Shown here in pieces: positions 12,528-25,459 of a stretch of DNA of 64,000 bases (positions are counted from its first letter, which is position 1; each line of letters opens with the position of its first letter). Source of the DNA: Trichosphaerium sp. ATCC 40318 (taxonomy: Eukaryota; Protista; Tubulinea); contig JALMLS010000497.1 in NCBI GenBank assembly GCA_038496445.1, forward strand, positions 1-64,000. The letters run 5' to 3'. The notes beneath the pieces are model-generated. The model was given only the letters and a program-made list of their open reading frames with translations. It searched no databases and was not told where the DNA came from. Position numbers and translations under genes: made by a program.

Positions 12528-15500
12528 ATGGAAGCTGACGATGATGTTGTATCTCTTGAAAAGAAAATTGAGGGCCTTAGCCAAAAGGTAGAAAGCAAGA
12601 GAGCGGTAGTAGATGAGCTAAATAAACAAATATCGGCCAAACTGCAAATATTACAACGACACTTCTCCAAAGACGACCTGGCGGATATTCAAGGCCTTAT
12701 TGAGCTTGAAAAAGAAGAGGAGGAGAAATACCTAGATAGCAGGAAGGCGTACTACGCTAAATTAGCCCTATGGCGCTCTAAGGTTATTATCATCCTAAAA
12801 TCGGGCAACAAAACTGCTATTCAACAGTCGTTGTCTGGATCAGCTTTGCTGAGCTCTTCACAATACCTACGGCGCACAATGTCAATGGCAGACGCTGGTG
12901 GAGCTCTACACGACGATTTTGGCACTTGGGAGATTGACAATGATGAAATCAAATTCAAATCTAGTGATTGCATTGGTACGCGTTTACACAGAGTAACTTC
13001 GTAAAACTGCACTCCAACCGCCAGAATTTTTTAGAGAAAGAATGCCAAGTTAACAGAATTAGGTTCTGGTACTTTCGGTACAGTCTACAAAGGAACATGC
13101 CGTGGAAAAAAGGTTGCTGTAAAAGTGCTCAGGAAACAAAACTTCAACCAAAAAGTAATTGAGGACTTTAAACGCGAATGTTCAGTTATGAGGTACGTAA
13201 TAAACGCATTCTACAGCTTTGTAGGTTGACACTAAAAAAACTAGCAAACTGAAGCATCCCAACATTCTCTTATTTATGGGTGCTTGTACTATCGCTGGCA
13301 AGCTTAAAATCGGTAAGTTATTGACACTAAAACGCAAAAGGCGTTATGTTAATTTTATTTGGGTTTTTTTTTTTTTGATTTAACGACGTCTTACTCTTCT
13401 TTAGTCACCGAGGTTGCTGAGAATGGTAGCGTTGAAGATGTTCTAAAGGATAAATCACGTAAATTAAGCTTTCACCGTAAAATGATGATTGCTAAGGACA
13501 CAGCAGCTGTACGCAAGCTCAATTCTGTTTTTATTGTTTAGCTTAAAACAAGTTTCACAGAAAATAGTTTACCCAAAAGTTTTCAACTTTTTTTTTTGTG
13601 ATTTTGATGCTGTAGCTCTTATTGATTGCTTTATTTGTGTTTACTAAATTTTTAGGGTATGACGTGGTTGCATTGTATGAATCCTGTATTACTTCATCTT
13701 GACCTTAAGCCTGCTAATCTATTGGTGAGTTAGGCTTGTCTCGAAATTTTGGATCTTTTTTTCTGTTGTTTTTTTTTTTGGGTGTTCTGTTAACAGTATT
13801 ATTCAAGTTGATGGCTGATTGGTCTGTCAAAATAGCTGATTTTGGTCTATGCACTGTTTTGGATACTCAAAAAGGGTCACAGATTACAGCATCGGGTAAT
13901 TTGTGTTTTGCACTGAATTTACCCATCAACCTAAAGAGAGTTCTTTTTCTTCTTTTGGTTCTTATTTTTTAATATAGGAACACCTGTTTATATGGCCCCA
14001 GAGATGTTTTTAAATGATCCTAAACCCTCAAAGAAATGTGACGTGTTTGCTTTTGGCATAAGTACGAAACTTTTTTTTTTTGGTTTTCTTTTGTTTATTT
14101 TTCGGGTTTCTTCTTGGTGTTTTAAACTGACTCTCGCGCCAATACCATATGAATAGAATGTAAACATTGAAGTTGTATTAATTATTCTCTTAGTTTTGTG
14201 GGAGTTAATATCAGAATTGGTCCCATACGAAGGTCAGTATTCTAATGTTCATCAACTTGTTGGTGCTATTATGGAGAGAGATGTAAGGCCTTCAATACCT
14301 AGATACTGTCCAAGCAAACTTGAGAATTTGATAATGAAGTGCTGGAGTAAAAACCCAGCAGGAAGACCAGGTAAGGAGCAATGCCTCAGGGCGTCATTTG
14401 GTTTAAAAATCTTATGTTTTTTTTAGAATTCAAGTCATTGCTTGACATCTCAATATTCGATGATATTATACTTCAAGCCGTTACAATGGGTAATTCAGAA
14501 TGTACTCGTATGTGGAAGGGTTTTGGAGAGGTATGTATTAATGAACAAAAAACATTGGATTCGTTGAAACATTGAATTTTTGTATTTTCTTTTTGGCGTT
14601 TTTGTGCTTACTTTTGTGTTAGGGTGTTGGTTCTGTACCTTGGAATCACTTCTTAACTGCATTTTGTAAAGTCATTAAGGTCAATAAGTCACCTCTTGAC
14701 CCTCTATTCATTAGTTTAAAGTACGTGAACCAAATCCATTATAATTTATACGGCTGTTTTGTCTTGTTAACACAGTTTTTTTGAAGGTGGGTACTTGATG
14801 TTGACAAGAAGCCAGAACAAGGAAAAGTAACTCTAGAAGCATTTAAAAGATTCTTGCAATGGTTTGGACCAATTACAGCTGGCACAGTTGTTCTCGAACA
14901 CATTCATCAACTCTTGAGTCAAAAGTACGAAAAAACCATTTTATTTTCTTTTCTTTTGCTCTTGATTAATTTTACTTTCAGGTGGTTTCATGGTGTAAAG
15001 AGTGCAGCAGATGCTGAGACAGATTTAAGACGATTTCATAAGAAGGTAACTTCATTTTTATTTCATTTAATTTTTTTTATGGATATATTTCCATGTATCT
15101 TTTTTAATCCTTATGTAACCTTCCTATATTTATATATATATGTATATTAGCGTGGTAAAAAATGCAAGGTATGTTAGATTATTTTACTGCAATAGCAATG
15201 TGTTAAAGCTAATTGTTGTTATTTGTTCTTCTCGCTTTTTTCAGTTTTTTGTTCTTGTTCTCATAATGTTTTAGGGTGGATTCTTAGTACGGTTCAGTTC
15301 TCGTGGAACAGGATCATTTACTATAACATTCTCTAATCGAAAGGATGGTAAGATACTTCATTACCGTGTACCAGATCAACACAAGTATGATTTAATGGGA
15401 TTTGTACGAACTTTCAAAAAGAAAAAGAAGTTGGGCGATCCAGTGCCAAGTCCTTATGAAGGTACTATCTAATACTCCAGAAACAAAACAACCACTTATA

Positions 15501-15699
15501 TATGTATCATTTTCTTACCAATTCATTTCTCTGTCGTTGGTTTTTGGGTCACGTGACCTTACTTGGAAAGAAGTGAATTGATTTTTTTTTAGAGCATCTT
15601 GAAGAAGCTGAACGTGCTGTACTTTACCTTGGTGAGGGCTCAGGTGGAGCTCAGTCACTTACACAAGTTGATATGCCAAAAATAGAAATGATACTCTAG
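12528..15699 (+). CDS. TKL protein kinase with C-terminal SH2 domain (Dictyostelium Shk-like), N-terminal coiled coil
   Basis: GSGTFGTVY, VAVK, LHLDLKPANLL, DFG and GTPVYMAPE. SH2 WFHG...GGFLVRFSSRGTGSFTITF. Confidence 0.9.
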
Positions 15700-16246
15700 A
15701 AGAGAAGAACTTTTCAACCTCAAAAAAAAAAAACTGACCAAAACACCTTTAACTTCCTACCTTGTACTATTAGAAAAAAAAAACCAATAAAAACTAACCT
15801 AAAACTGCCCATGAGATGCAGCGAATTGGGTAGTTTGTAATTCTTTCTTAATAGGTTGGTTTGTTTCTTCTCTGTAAGGTTCGCACGTGATATCCTTAAA
15901 ATAACGTAAAAGTAAACAAAGACACTTTAGTTCCGGTTCTTTTATTTTACCGTATTGAAATCGTAAGCAAACGCGTGTGAGCGTGCTATTAGGCAAAAAA
16001 AAATCGGACAAACATAACGCAAACATCCGGAGAAATCACGATTTAGCACGTGATTAAAAATACTTCTTATTTGAAATCAAAGCTCTTAAATCCCGACAAT
16101 ATAGAGCCTTACAGTACTCGTCCAACTTATAGTGTGATCGTGGATGTATTTTTGTTTCCGAGATGATCGTGTGGCAACGAGTTTTTTTCTGAGAATACAA
16201 AGTGGCAACTCACACAAAAATTTCAAAACAATAAGGACAACACAAC

Positions 16247-16818
16247 ATGTCTACAACTTCTCTCATTAAACAATTGAAACAAGGATCTATTGGGTCTATA
16301 TACATTAAAATAGATAAACTATCAAACGCTAATTGGCCATGCAAAGAGCTTTGTTTTCAAGTATCAACATGGTCTAAAACACAAAGCACTAAACCTCAGA
16401 AACAACGGACATCATTTGACTCTTTTAAAAATATAACACAACGAGGCTGGCTAATACCACTCACTCTAAATAACATAGAAGTATCTGGAGGTGAAACACT
16501 TTTTTTAGTATTCAAAATTAAACAACAAAAATCAAACAAAACACTGGCGAAGGCATACATAAACATTGAAGATTTCAACCTTGTTGGAACACCTTTCAAA
16601 GGAACATTTGAAGTAAATCTACATTCACATAGAGGAACTCAAGATCCAAATATTCGAATAGTATTAGGGCATGAGCCAGCACGTGGGCTCTTTTTGCAAG
16701 CACTCCTAAAAAAATGAAGGCAAAACAAATTAAATCACGTGGTTGTAAACCCCAGTCAACACGGAGTCGAAGTCCTTGTTACAACAATCTAATATTCTCA
16801 CATGGCGTGTACATATAA
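16247..16818 (+). CDS. Hypothetical protein, possibly C2-like beta-sandwich
   Basis: 156-aa ORF with a LFLVFKIK..KTLAKAYINI pattern. The duplicate at 22204 shows a 1-bp indel near 16686 that extends the frame to ~16818. Confidence 0.5.
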
Positions 16819-17169
16819 ATAAAGAACATTATTACTAGTCATGACGAGTTTGAATTCAATCTGTCAAGTACTTGCTAGGGCAGGGGAAAAAAAGTAGAGA
16901 ATTTGAACGATTTGAACTGTATTGTGCCAGTTTTCGTATTGTAGTTACACGTAATATTTAGTAGATATCTTGTCGCAATTATAGTTGAGATAACACAAAT
17001 ATTGTTACCAGATCCTAGACCCAACTACAAAGGAATGCTAGACTTTCGTGACATTTGCCAAAAACTCGATTTAATCAAATGTTCCTATTTTAGGGTGTGA
17101 TAGAGCTTGTACATCTTTCATATGATTATTGTACTCACAGCACTTTAATGATGATTCTACCATTTCAGT

Positions 17170-20100
17170 TAATTAAAACTGTTTATAAACACTAGATTTA
17201 CCTGTATCATCATAAGGCACAGTATCTTTTCCGACATTTTTACTACCAATTAATCTGGAATGTATGCTTTTCCTCTCATTAAACGATTTGCCCGTACTTC
17301 GTCCACTCACATCAAGCTAACAAGTAAAGATGTAAGTGTTAGGTCAAAATATTGAACATCTTTTTTTTACCTTGCGTAATGATTTGCGGTGTTCAAATAA
17401 TTTATCGACGGATTCATCAGTCAGAGTTATTGAAGCAAGTCCAAGATTAACAAGCTTAGGAAAAGGAAATACTTTTGAAGGAGTTGATAGCCAATTTACA
17501 ATTTTTTTGTTCCCATTTAAATTTAATGTCGTCATGTTATCCATTGCCGTGTCACCCCATGATATATTTGAAATCTCAGAACATTCTCGAAATTGTACAG
17601 TAACCAACTGTGGTGCATTAAATTTTACAGAACAGAGGTTTTCCATGTCGCTGAGCACTAGCAAAAACATTAAATAACTTTTTCGAACAAAAAAATCAAG
17701 CTTGCAAAAACGATAAGGACACAAACTGGGTTGATGATTAGCAAGTGCTGATAAAGGTTTTATATAGCATAAATACGTACTGATAGACATCAAGGTGCTA
17801 CTTTGGATATTTAATTCGGTGACTATTAACTTAGAAAAGAATAGAGATTCCAATTGTTTCAAGCGGCAAATCATGTTTGTAAAGTTTGGCAGTGTAATCA
17901 GTAGTAAAATAGAAATGGGAATTTTTAAGTAATCCACCCTGTTTTCCTATGGGAAAAGTAGACGGAAAAACTCTTCCTTAATTCCCATTGAATTTATATG
18001 AAATTCCGTAAGTATTACTCATAGAATTCTTAGAGTATTACTTTTGGAATTGCATATGTATTTTATATAGAATTCTCTATGTATTCTTTATAGCATTTCT
18101 TAATGTATTTTTTGTAGATTTCAATAAAAAATACTTTATAAATTACACAAAATATTATTCAATACTTTGGTTCAGATTTAATGCAAAGTCATTTTATTTA
18201 TTGATCATTACAAAATACAAACATCCTAAATAATACGTACAAGTTAAATACATCGTGTCTTCATAAACGAAAGAAGTAATTTGATCGCATTTGGTTTTGA
18301 GAGCCTGAACAATAATTAATGCGTTTGTAAACGCTAAATTAAGAACGTGTAGGGTTTTTTGATAAATTAAGTGGAAATAAGCTTTAAAAACAACGTACTT
18401 GGAGTTAATGCTTTAAATACATTCTTTAATGGTGTAATAAGGCTGTTGCAATGCTTTAATCATCCTAAAACAGATAAGTAAGAGATATTTATGTTTAAGT
18501 GATTTTCCAAACCACCTAAAACGCGTTCTCTGTTACTTTTTGGATTAACGCACTTTAACCTGTACCATTGGTTTTTTCACCTTTAATAATAGCATGTGGA
18601 TATTGTTTGCTAGAAAAACCTATGTACCTAAGGTGTCGATGGTTTTTTGCAAATATAAAACTAAACCCTAACCCTAACTTAATTTGTACTTACATAAACC
18701 TCAACCCTAGCCCTAACCCTAACCCTAACTAAATTAGTACATTATTTGGTGGATTTTGTACAATAATTCTGAAAATTCCGTATTTAAGGGAATATTATGG
18801 TAATTCTATCAAAAATCCTGCCATAAAAAAAAATAAAAATAAGAATTCTTCACAAATTACCTTAAAAATCCCTAAAACAAAGGAATTTAGTGGGATTTAT
18901 ATCCAAAATCCCGTTTTCATTTTACCACTGATGTTCATATTGGAGAGGATTTGTTTGACTTCGGTTTTACATTCTGGGCAAATGTTTGTAAACTTGTCAG
19001 GTTGTGTAATGTTCATATTGGAGAGTATTAACTGTTTGATTTTGTTTGTACGTTCAGTAAGGCTGGGTAGAGCGCCTGAAACAGAAAGATATTCCTCAAC
19101 ATAAATAAACAAAAAAAGACAAAATAGTTAAATAAAGAAAAGCGTTTTCAAAGCACTTATAAGGCGTACAAGATTTGGACAATCTATGATCAGTCCACCA
19201 TCCTTTGCTTCTTTTAAATCCATGTACACCAATGTTTCATTATACAGCGTAAATGAGTCTAGTTTTCCAGTAATAGTACAAAACTTTAACTTTTTACTTC
19301 TAATCACAGCTTTGATACATTTTCTGTCTCCTAGTTTTAGCATTAGAATACTGAGGAAAAAGTTGTTTTAGAGGATGGCACTTTGGTCAAATTATGAGTA
19401 ACTCTAAAATCTGAAGAAAAACAGAATGTGTGCTCTGGCTGAATTATTTGACGTTCAAAAAGGTAGTACATGCCTTTAGCATAGAAGTATTCAAGCACCG
19501 GAAATCCTACAGTTTCTACGTTTTGTGACTTGAGATCGTCTTCGCTTCTGAAATGTCGGAGCTTTTGAACCTTTAATTTTGCAGGTATTTCAATGTTTTG
19601 GGTACTAGGGATATCAATTATTTCAACGAACGATATAGAAGAAAATATAAGCAGCTAGGATTGACAGGAAACAGGGGTCGTACTGGTGTAGAATTGTGCA
19701 ACTTTTATCAAAACAAAGTTTTGAATGAAATGTTTCTTTACTTCCGTTTGCGTTTAAGGCAACTTCGCTTGAGATATGAGCTTCAACAAGATGGGGCGCT
19801 TCAATAGAAACCTACAAGAAAATGTTACTATTGTTGTCAAGAACTTGAAACGTACGTGACCATTGTAATTGTCAATATTTAGTTTACGCAATGATGTTGA
19901 TTTAATAGCGATTTCTGGTACAAGTTCATCACTGTAATAACTCAAGTCTAGACCTTCAAGATTTTTGGCCAGGTCTGCAATATGTTCTACCTACAAAATC
20001 AAAATTAAATGACCAAAATTCAATTGGCATTTTTGTACATACTGCAGCTTTAGAGACGCGGATTTCAGTTAGTTTCAAGCTCTTGAGCATTGGTAATTCA

Positions 20101-21893
20101 AGATTAAATCCTTTACAAAAGGTTACTTGAGAAATCTGAAGCTCACTACAATAGTAATTAGTCGAAATGTATAACCATAGCGATTTACATACTGAAGGTT
20201 TGAAAGTCTCAACTGAAAGTCTTTTGAGTACTCTGGTTTTTTTTTGTTGCACCACACAAGCGCAAGACTTGTTGCGTTGCTCAGGAGTTTAACACTATCA
20301 AGTATTGCAATAAACTCTTTTGAAGCTCCGTCATAGTGAATGTGGATTGTTTTACACCTAGAAATATAAGCAAGTAACTGCGTAAAGCGACAAAGAGATT
20401 CTTAAGGGCGCAATATTGATACAAAAACATTCTGAAAGCTCTTATTTTTGTATGTAGTTAAGAATTTGTAGAACGTACACTTTCAACCGGAAAAACAAGT
20501 CTCGCTCAAATGATGATAACCTAACTTTGAGGTGTTTCAAGTACGTCAGTTTGTTCCTAAGTTGATTATTGAAAATATGATCATATTTTTTGTTCTGAGT
20601 TTTAGAGGGCACGCACTGTTTTAAAAGGTGAAGAATAAGATCACAAAGCTTGCTACAAACAGCTGCTTTAAGTGAAAGTGTTTGAAGAGTACAAAATGTT
20701 GCTAGTGTGACAAGCCAAGCACAATCCAATGGATTCTACGACAAACAGTCGAAAATTAGTAATTATATTTATTGTAAACTCAGTCTTACCTCAGCTGCAC
20801 ATCCGCCATAACGCGTAAGGACATCCGTCTTTTTTCCCTGGGCAGTACTTTTCATGAAGTCTAAAGTCTAGAAGAGTAAGAAAAAGAAAAAAAAAACAGA
20901 AGATAACTACTGAAAAAGTACTTACCACGGACTGCAAATTGGTGCAATAGGCAGCTATCTGTGTTAGCTCTCTTAAACAAATAAAATCAGTACAACTTTT
21001 TAGTATTAGGTAGGAGTGCGTACTTTTCCAGTATACGAGGGTCAGAGACACCTAATAAACACGTCAGGTTATTTTTTGGCTGTGGTACTGCGTACCTCCA
21101 AAAAAAATAGACCTAACTCTAAATTTCCTCCTCAGTGCAGTTGTGACATCTTCTGTATAGTAGGTGTATCATCTGCTGTGAGATGAAGCCAGAAGTGTTT
21201 TCGACAAGCTGAACAAGCAGCAGTACAAGCGATAAAGTCATGGCTACTCAATAATTGAGTCAGTCGAACCAGCACAGCGGCAAACTACGTAAATTAATTT
21301 AGGCAGGCACGTGACTTTTTAAAATAAAACGCACCTTTCCTCCGAGAGGTTTTTCTTCGTCAGTACGTGAACTTTCTGGCGTTTCTTCTCTAGTTCAATC
21401 ATAAGAATGAGTTGCAGTACTGCAAAACTTACAAAGATCCTGTTTCGTCTTCAATGTCTGCAGCATCTTGTTGATCTTTGATTGATTCCAGCTCAACTGC
21501 TGTATCATATTTTGCCATTTTGCATGGAATTTTTTGAGTCTTTACGACGGTTGGGGTTTGTGCTGGATATGGATACACAGATTGACGGAGTAGTTGAGCA
21601 ATGAGTTGAGGACAAAGTTTGAGAATAGCCTCTAACAGCTTTCTACGGGTGCCTGTAGCTAATTAAACGCGTATTACAATGACGTATTTGCGTACTATGG
21701 TTAAAGCCAAAACCTACTAACATTGTGTCATTAAGCTCCATGAGGGATATTCCATCTATTTGATTCTCTCTTGGCATGGAGTCAGGAAAAGGCGTACAAT
21801 AATCGAAACAAACCTCAGCTTTTCTACACATTGCCCCAAGCCTTCTTTGGATAACCAATCGCTCACTCTATCACACGTCCAATACCTGGCCAT
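17170..21893 (-). CDS. SAM + F-box-like + LRR protein, multi-exon, possibly disrupted
   Basis: SAM WTCDRVSDWLSKEGLG..ENQIDGISLMEL. F-box-like LSSHDFIACTAACSACRKHFW. Many LRR exons (LPMLKSLKL, STSLRKLNI, CPNLVRL, FPKLVNLGL). An in-frame stop near 21132 and an insertion at 17937-18894. Confidence 0.6.
17937..18894. mobile_element. AT-rich insertion with CCC...GGG ends and internal telomere-like repeats
   Basis: Abruptly separates LRR-coding segments. Both ends are rich in GAATTC/AATTCC motifs. No clean TSD. Confidence 0.45.
18663..18729 (+). repeat. Interstitial (TAACCC)n telomere-like repeats
   Basis: aaaccctaaccctaac ... aaccctagccctaaccctaaccctaac. Confidence 0.85.
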
Positions 21894-22203
21894 CTCGTAG
21901 GATCTATTTGAAGTATTTGTTGCTATGGTCAATTTTTTTAGGAGCGAATTGTTAAGCAGTGCCACTCGTTGTAGACACGTGCGTGGAATGTTCACTAGTT
22001 GTTATTGTTTGAAGCTCATAAAAAAATAACAAGCGTAGTTGGCAGAGTTTTTGCTATGCTTTGGCAACGTTGATACTGATGTTGCATGATATAGCAGGAA
22101 CGTTTTTGTTCGATGTAAATACCCTAAGGGCTGCTGAGCGCTCTAGTTACGACAAATGGCATAAAAGTTATTTTGACAAAACGTTACTATTGTCCAAGAT
22201 TAC

Positions 22204-22560
22204 CACTTTTTTTAGTATTCAAAATTAAACATCACAAATCAAACAAAACACTGGCGAAGGCATACATAAACATTGAAGATTTCAACCTTGTTGGAACACC
22301 TTTCAAAGGAACATTTGAAGTAAATCTACATTCACATAGAGGAACTCAAGATCCAAATATTCGAATAGTATTAGGGCATGAGCCAGCATGTGGGCTGCTT
22401 TTTGCAAGCACTCCTAAAAAAATGAAGGCAAAACAAATTAAATCACGTGGTTGTAAACCCCAGTCAACACGGAGTCGAAGTCCTTGTTACAACAATCTAA
22501 TATTCTCACGTGGCGTGTACATGTAAAATAAAGAACAATATTCATGAATTAAATCTGTCA
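22204..22560 (+). repeat. Direct duplicate of 16497-16866 (3' part of the C2-like gene)
   Basis: Near-identical ~350-bp sequence lacking the 5' half of the gene. Confidence 0.9.
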
Positions 22561-22613
22561 CTTTTTTCTTCTGACTTTATAATCAGCGAACAGTCTTCTT
22601 CTCACAAAAACAT

Positions 22614-22708
22614 CTATTCAGCATTTTGTTGCTTGATGCTAGGTTTTGGACCATGTATAGAACACAAACATTTAAAAGCATGTGTTACAACACCATTTAG
22701 AGCATGTA
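22614..22708 (+). repeat. ~95-bp repeat, second copy at 23687-23776
   Basis: ctattcagcattttgttgcttgatgctaggttttgga...ccatttagagcatgta occurs in both places. Confidence 0.85.
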
Positions 22709-23490
22709 TTGTCCGTATCATTCAAGTTTGCTAATCTTTGCAACTTTTTGCTGTTTGTGACTTTTGATTTTCGAGTTTAGTCAGATCTGACAGATCTTGC
22801 AACTTCTGTTAGTTCTTACAGAACTGACAATTTTGCTAGAACTAGCAGACCCAACGTTTGAAATGTGATTCACGTTATTGAAGGCTTGCTAGGCAGAAAA
22901 ATCATGAATTTGCACTGGCCACGTGTTTTTAAAAACCCACCCAACATTTATTTTATTTTACATTTTTAGTTAAACGGTTACATGGCGCCCGTACCACAAT
23001 ATCGCCTCCAGAGATAATTTGAGCGCTTTTGATACGCCTCTTGAGTGTCGCCTCTTGACAGTTTTTTCCCGTCTTGACGCTATGATTGTGTCAGCACTAG
23101 CGCGTGGCGGCGTAGTACGTTAGGCAACAAATAACGAGTAATTTGTACCTTTTGGTATTGTTCGGCTCCTTTGGGCGCTTCTTTGGTGAGTGTAGCGTTT
23201 ACAAGCGCACTTACACAAAATACTGCGATAGTCTTGTTAGATGATGTGACTTTGACATTGTATTTTTTTCTTGCCTTAAGGTACATAAGCACGGCAAGCA
23301 AGGTACATAGACTGGAGTTGTGGAATGTGATGCATTCACATTGCACTGAACCTTCAAGTTTTTAACAGATCTGACAGAACTTACAAGAACTAGCAAAAGT
23401 GACAAGATCTGACAGATCTGTTAGTTCTTGCAAGATCTTACACTTTGATACTTCTGCCAAACCTGTCGCAAACTTGAATGATACGGACAA
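22709..23490. mobile_element. Non-autonomous TIR element (MITE), 782 bp
   Basis: Perfect TIR TTGTCCGTATCATTCAAGTTTGC at 22709-22731 with its reverse complement at 23468-23490. Flanked by TA/TA (or by ATGT/ATGT with a 24-bp TIR). Subterminal CAGATCTGACAGA repeats. Confidence 0.9.
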
Positions 23491-23606
23491 TATGTCCCTC
23501 CATCTGTAACCTGGACCACAACACAACCATCAACTTTACAAATAGAACCGACTTGAAATGACCTGCCGCGATTAAGGTCAACAACACTTCTTGTACTTTG
23601 TATGTA

Positions 23607-23776
23607 TAGAGGTGGTCATAGCCGTTTAGCCGTTTAAGTTGTTGGGACGGGCTCTCACCTGCAAGAAAAATTAGGTAAAACTCAAACTATTCAGCATTTT
23701 GTTGCTTGATGCTAGGTTTTGGATGTATCGAACACAAACATTTAAAAGCATGTGGTACAACCATTTAGAGCATGTA
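23607..23776 (+). repeat. hAT-like repeat end joined to the 95-bp repeat
   Basis: Starts TAGAGGTGGTC. Homologous to 7843-7957 and to 22614-22708. Confidence 0.6.
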
Positions 23777-24171
23777 GAACTTAGGAAAAGCATGTGGTAC
23801 CACCAACAAAATCTCACATTTTAAACATTTTTCAGATTTTGTTGCTACTTTCTGGCTCGCTGTTGGATAACAGGCTATAAATTTTTGTACTACTGCCTCA
23901 GTTTGTACATTCAAGCCGCATTTTTACCCTAGTTAATCACCGTAGCGTGTCTTGCATCTTGTTATAAAAGATAACTTAACCAAATTTTGAAAAGTGTTCA
24001 CATAACGGTTTACGTCATGTCATGACATTTGTAAACCGTTCTTGTAGCTTAATTGTTAAATATGTGATTATTGGTATTACCTTGACTACCCATGACTATA
24101 GATATATGCGCAGGGTACATAAACAATTGGCTCTTTTGTCTACAACATACTTATTTAATTCAAAAAAACAG

Positions 24172-25131
24172 ATGAGCGAAGAATCGGCCAAAGAAACTGT
24201 ATTACAGCTTCCACCTGAATTACAATATTATATTATAGACTTTGATATCAGTTTATACATAAAATGGCCACTTTTAGCGAAACAGGCAGCGACAACAACT
24301 CGATTTGACTTTGACTTAAACAAACATGGCAAATGGCTTAAATTAAAAAAAAAGAGGAACAGGATTTTAGAACAGAGGTGTTGGCTACATGGTAAACAGC
24401 ATGGCGAGTATAAAAAGTGGAAGAAAGGTGTTCTCCGTACACTGGTGCACTATAAAAACGGCAAAAAGGAGGGAAAAGCAAAGGTATGGAGCGGCGAAGG
24501 CAAGTTGAGATCAGAATGTTTTTATGTCAATGATAAGAAGGATGGTGTTCAAAGAAAATTGCACCACAATGGTCAAATAGAAACAATATGTGTTTATGTG
24601 AATGGTAGAATAGAAGGAGAATATAAACAGTGGTACAGCGATGGTAAATTGAAAGAGGAAAGTTACTTTGTCAATGGAAGACTACATGGAAAAGTTACAA
24701 CAAGGGCATATACTGGCATTGAAGCACGTGGTTTTTATGTCAATGGCAAGCTTGAGGGTGAGTATTTCACTTATAAACACGGGTCATTATTTGAACAGTA
24801 CCATTACACAAACGGTAAAAAGCAAGGTGAGTATAAGGCATGGCACAGCAATGGGAAAATAGCTGCTTGTCATTTCTTCAAAAATGATGTGATTGAAGGA
24901 GAATGTAGGGTGTGGTTTCCTTCAGGCCAACTGCATCATGAGTACAAGTGCGTTAATGGTGATGTACATGGCGATTTTATGGAATACCATACAAATGGAC
25001 AATTAATGAGGAGGACATCCTACTTTGAGAATGTGAGGGATGGCGAACAAAAGCTATGGAATGAACAAGGAAAACTTATGGCAAGAACTATGTATGTTTA
25101 TGGAGAAATGACTAAACAAACACGTTACTAA
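24172..25131 (+). CDS. F-box-like + MORN-variant repeat protein, copy 3 (intact)
   Basis: MSEESAKETVLQLPPELQYYIIDFDISLYIKWPLLAKQA followed by about 11 repeats, in an uninterrupted ORF. Confidence 0.85.
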   Translation: MSEESAKETVLQLPPELQYYIIDFDISLYIKWPLLAKQAATTTRFDFDLNKHGKWLKLKKKRNRILEQRCWLHGKQHGEYKKWKKGVLRTLVHYKNGKKEGKAKVWSGEGKLRSECFYVNDKKDGVQRKLHHNGQIETICVYVNGRIEGEYKQWYSDGKLKEESYFVNGRLHGKVTTRAYTGIEARGFYVNGKLEGEYFTYKHGSLFEQYHYTNGKKQGEYKAWHSNGKIAACHFFKNDVIEGECRVWFPSGQLHHEYKCVNGDVHGDFMEYHTNGQLMRRTSYFENVRDGEQKLWNEQGKLMARTMYVYGEMTKQTRY

Positions 25132-25459
25132 TGATGATATTATTGCATATCTATGATTTGTTCATTTCTTTACTGTACAAACCACTGCAGGCTAAAATAA
25201 AGGAAGCTGTTACATACATGCATTTCAGGTTAATTGTTAAAAGTGTTGCAAAATCTTGTACTTGCGTTCATTGAAGTTAGCTGAGTTAAGTTAGGCATCA
25301 GTTTGACGTAGCTGGGTCTATACCGTTCAAGTGTTGACTATAGGCCACAATAACAACAAATTTGGGTGTTTCAACAATGACGTTAATTATTTCATTCATG
25401 CAAGTTATGGAGAACAGCGAGATGATTTATTTATATTGGTATTTTTATTTTACTTACTT

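Noticed and set aside
22780-23440. Repeated CAGATCTGACAGA units as a CRISPR-like array
   Set aside because: They are irregular, lack unique spacers and are subterminal repeats of the MITE.
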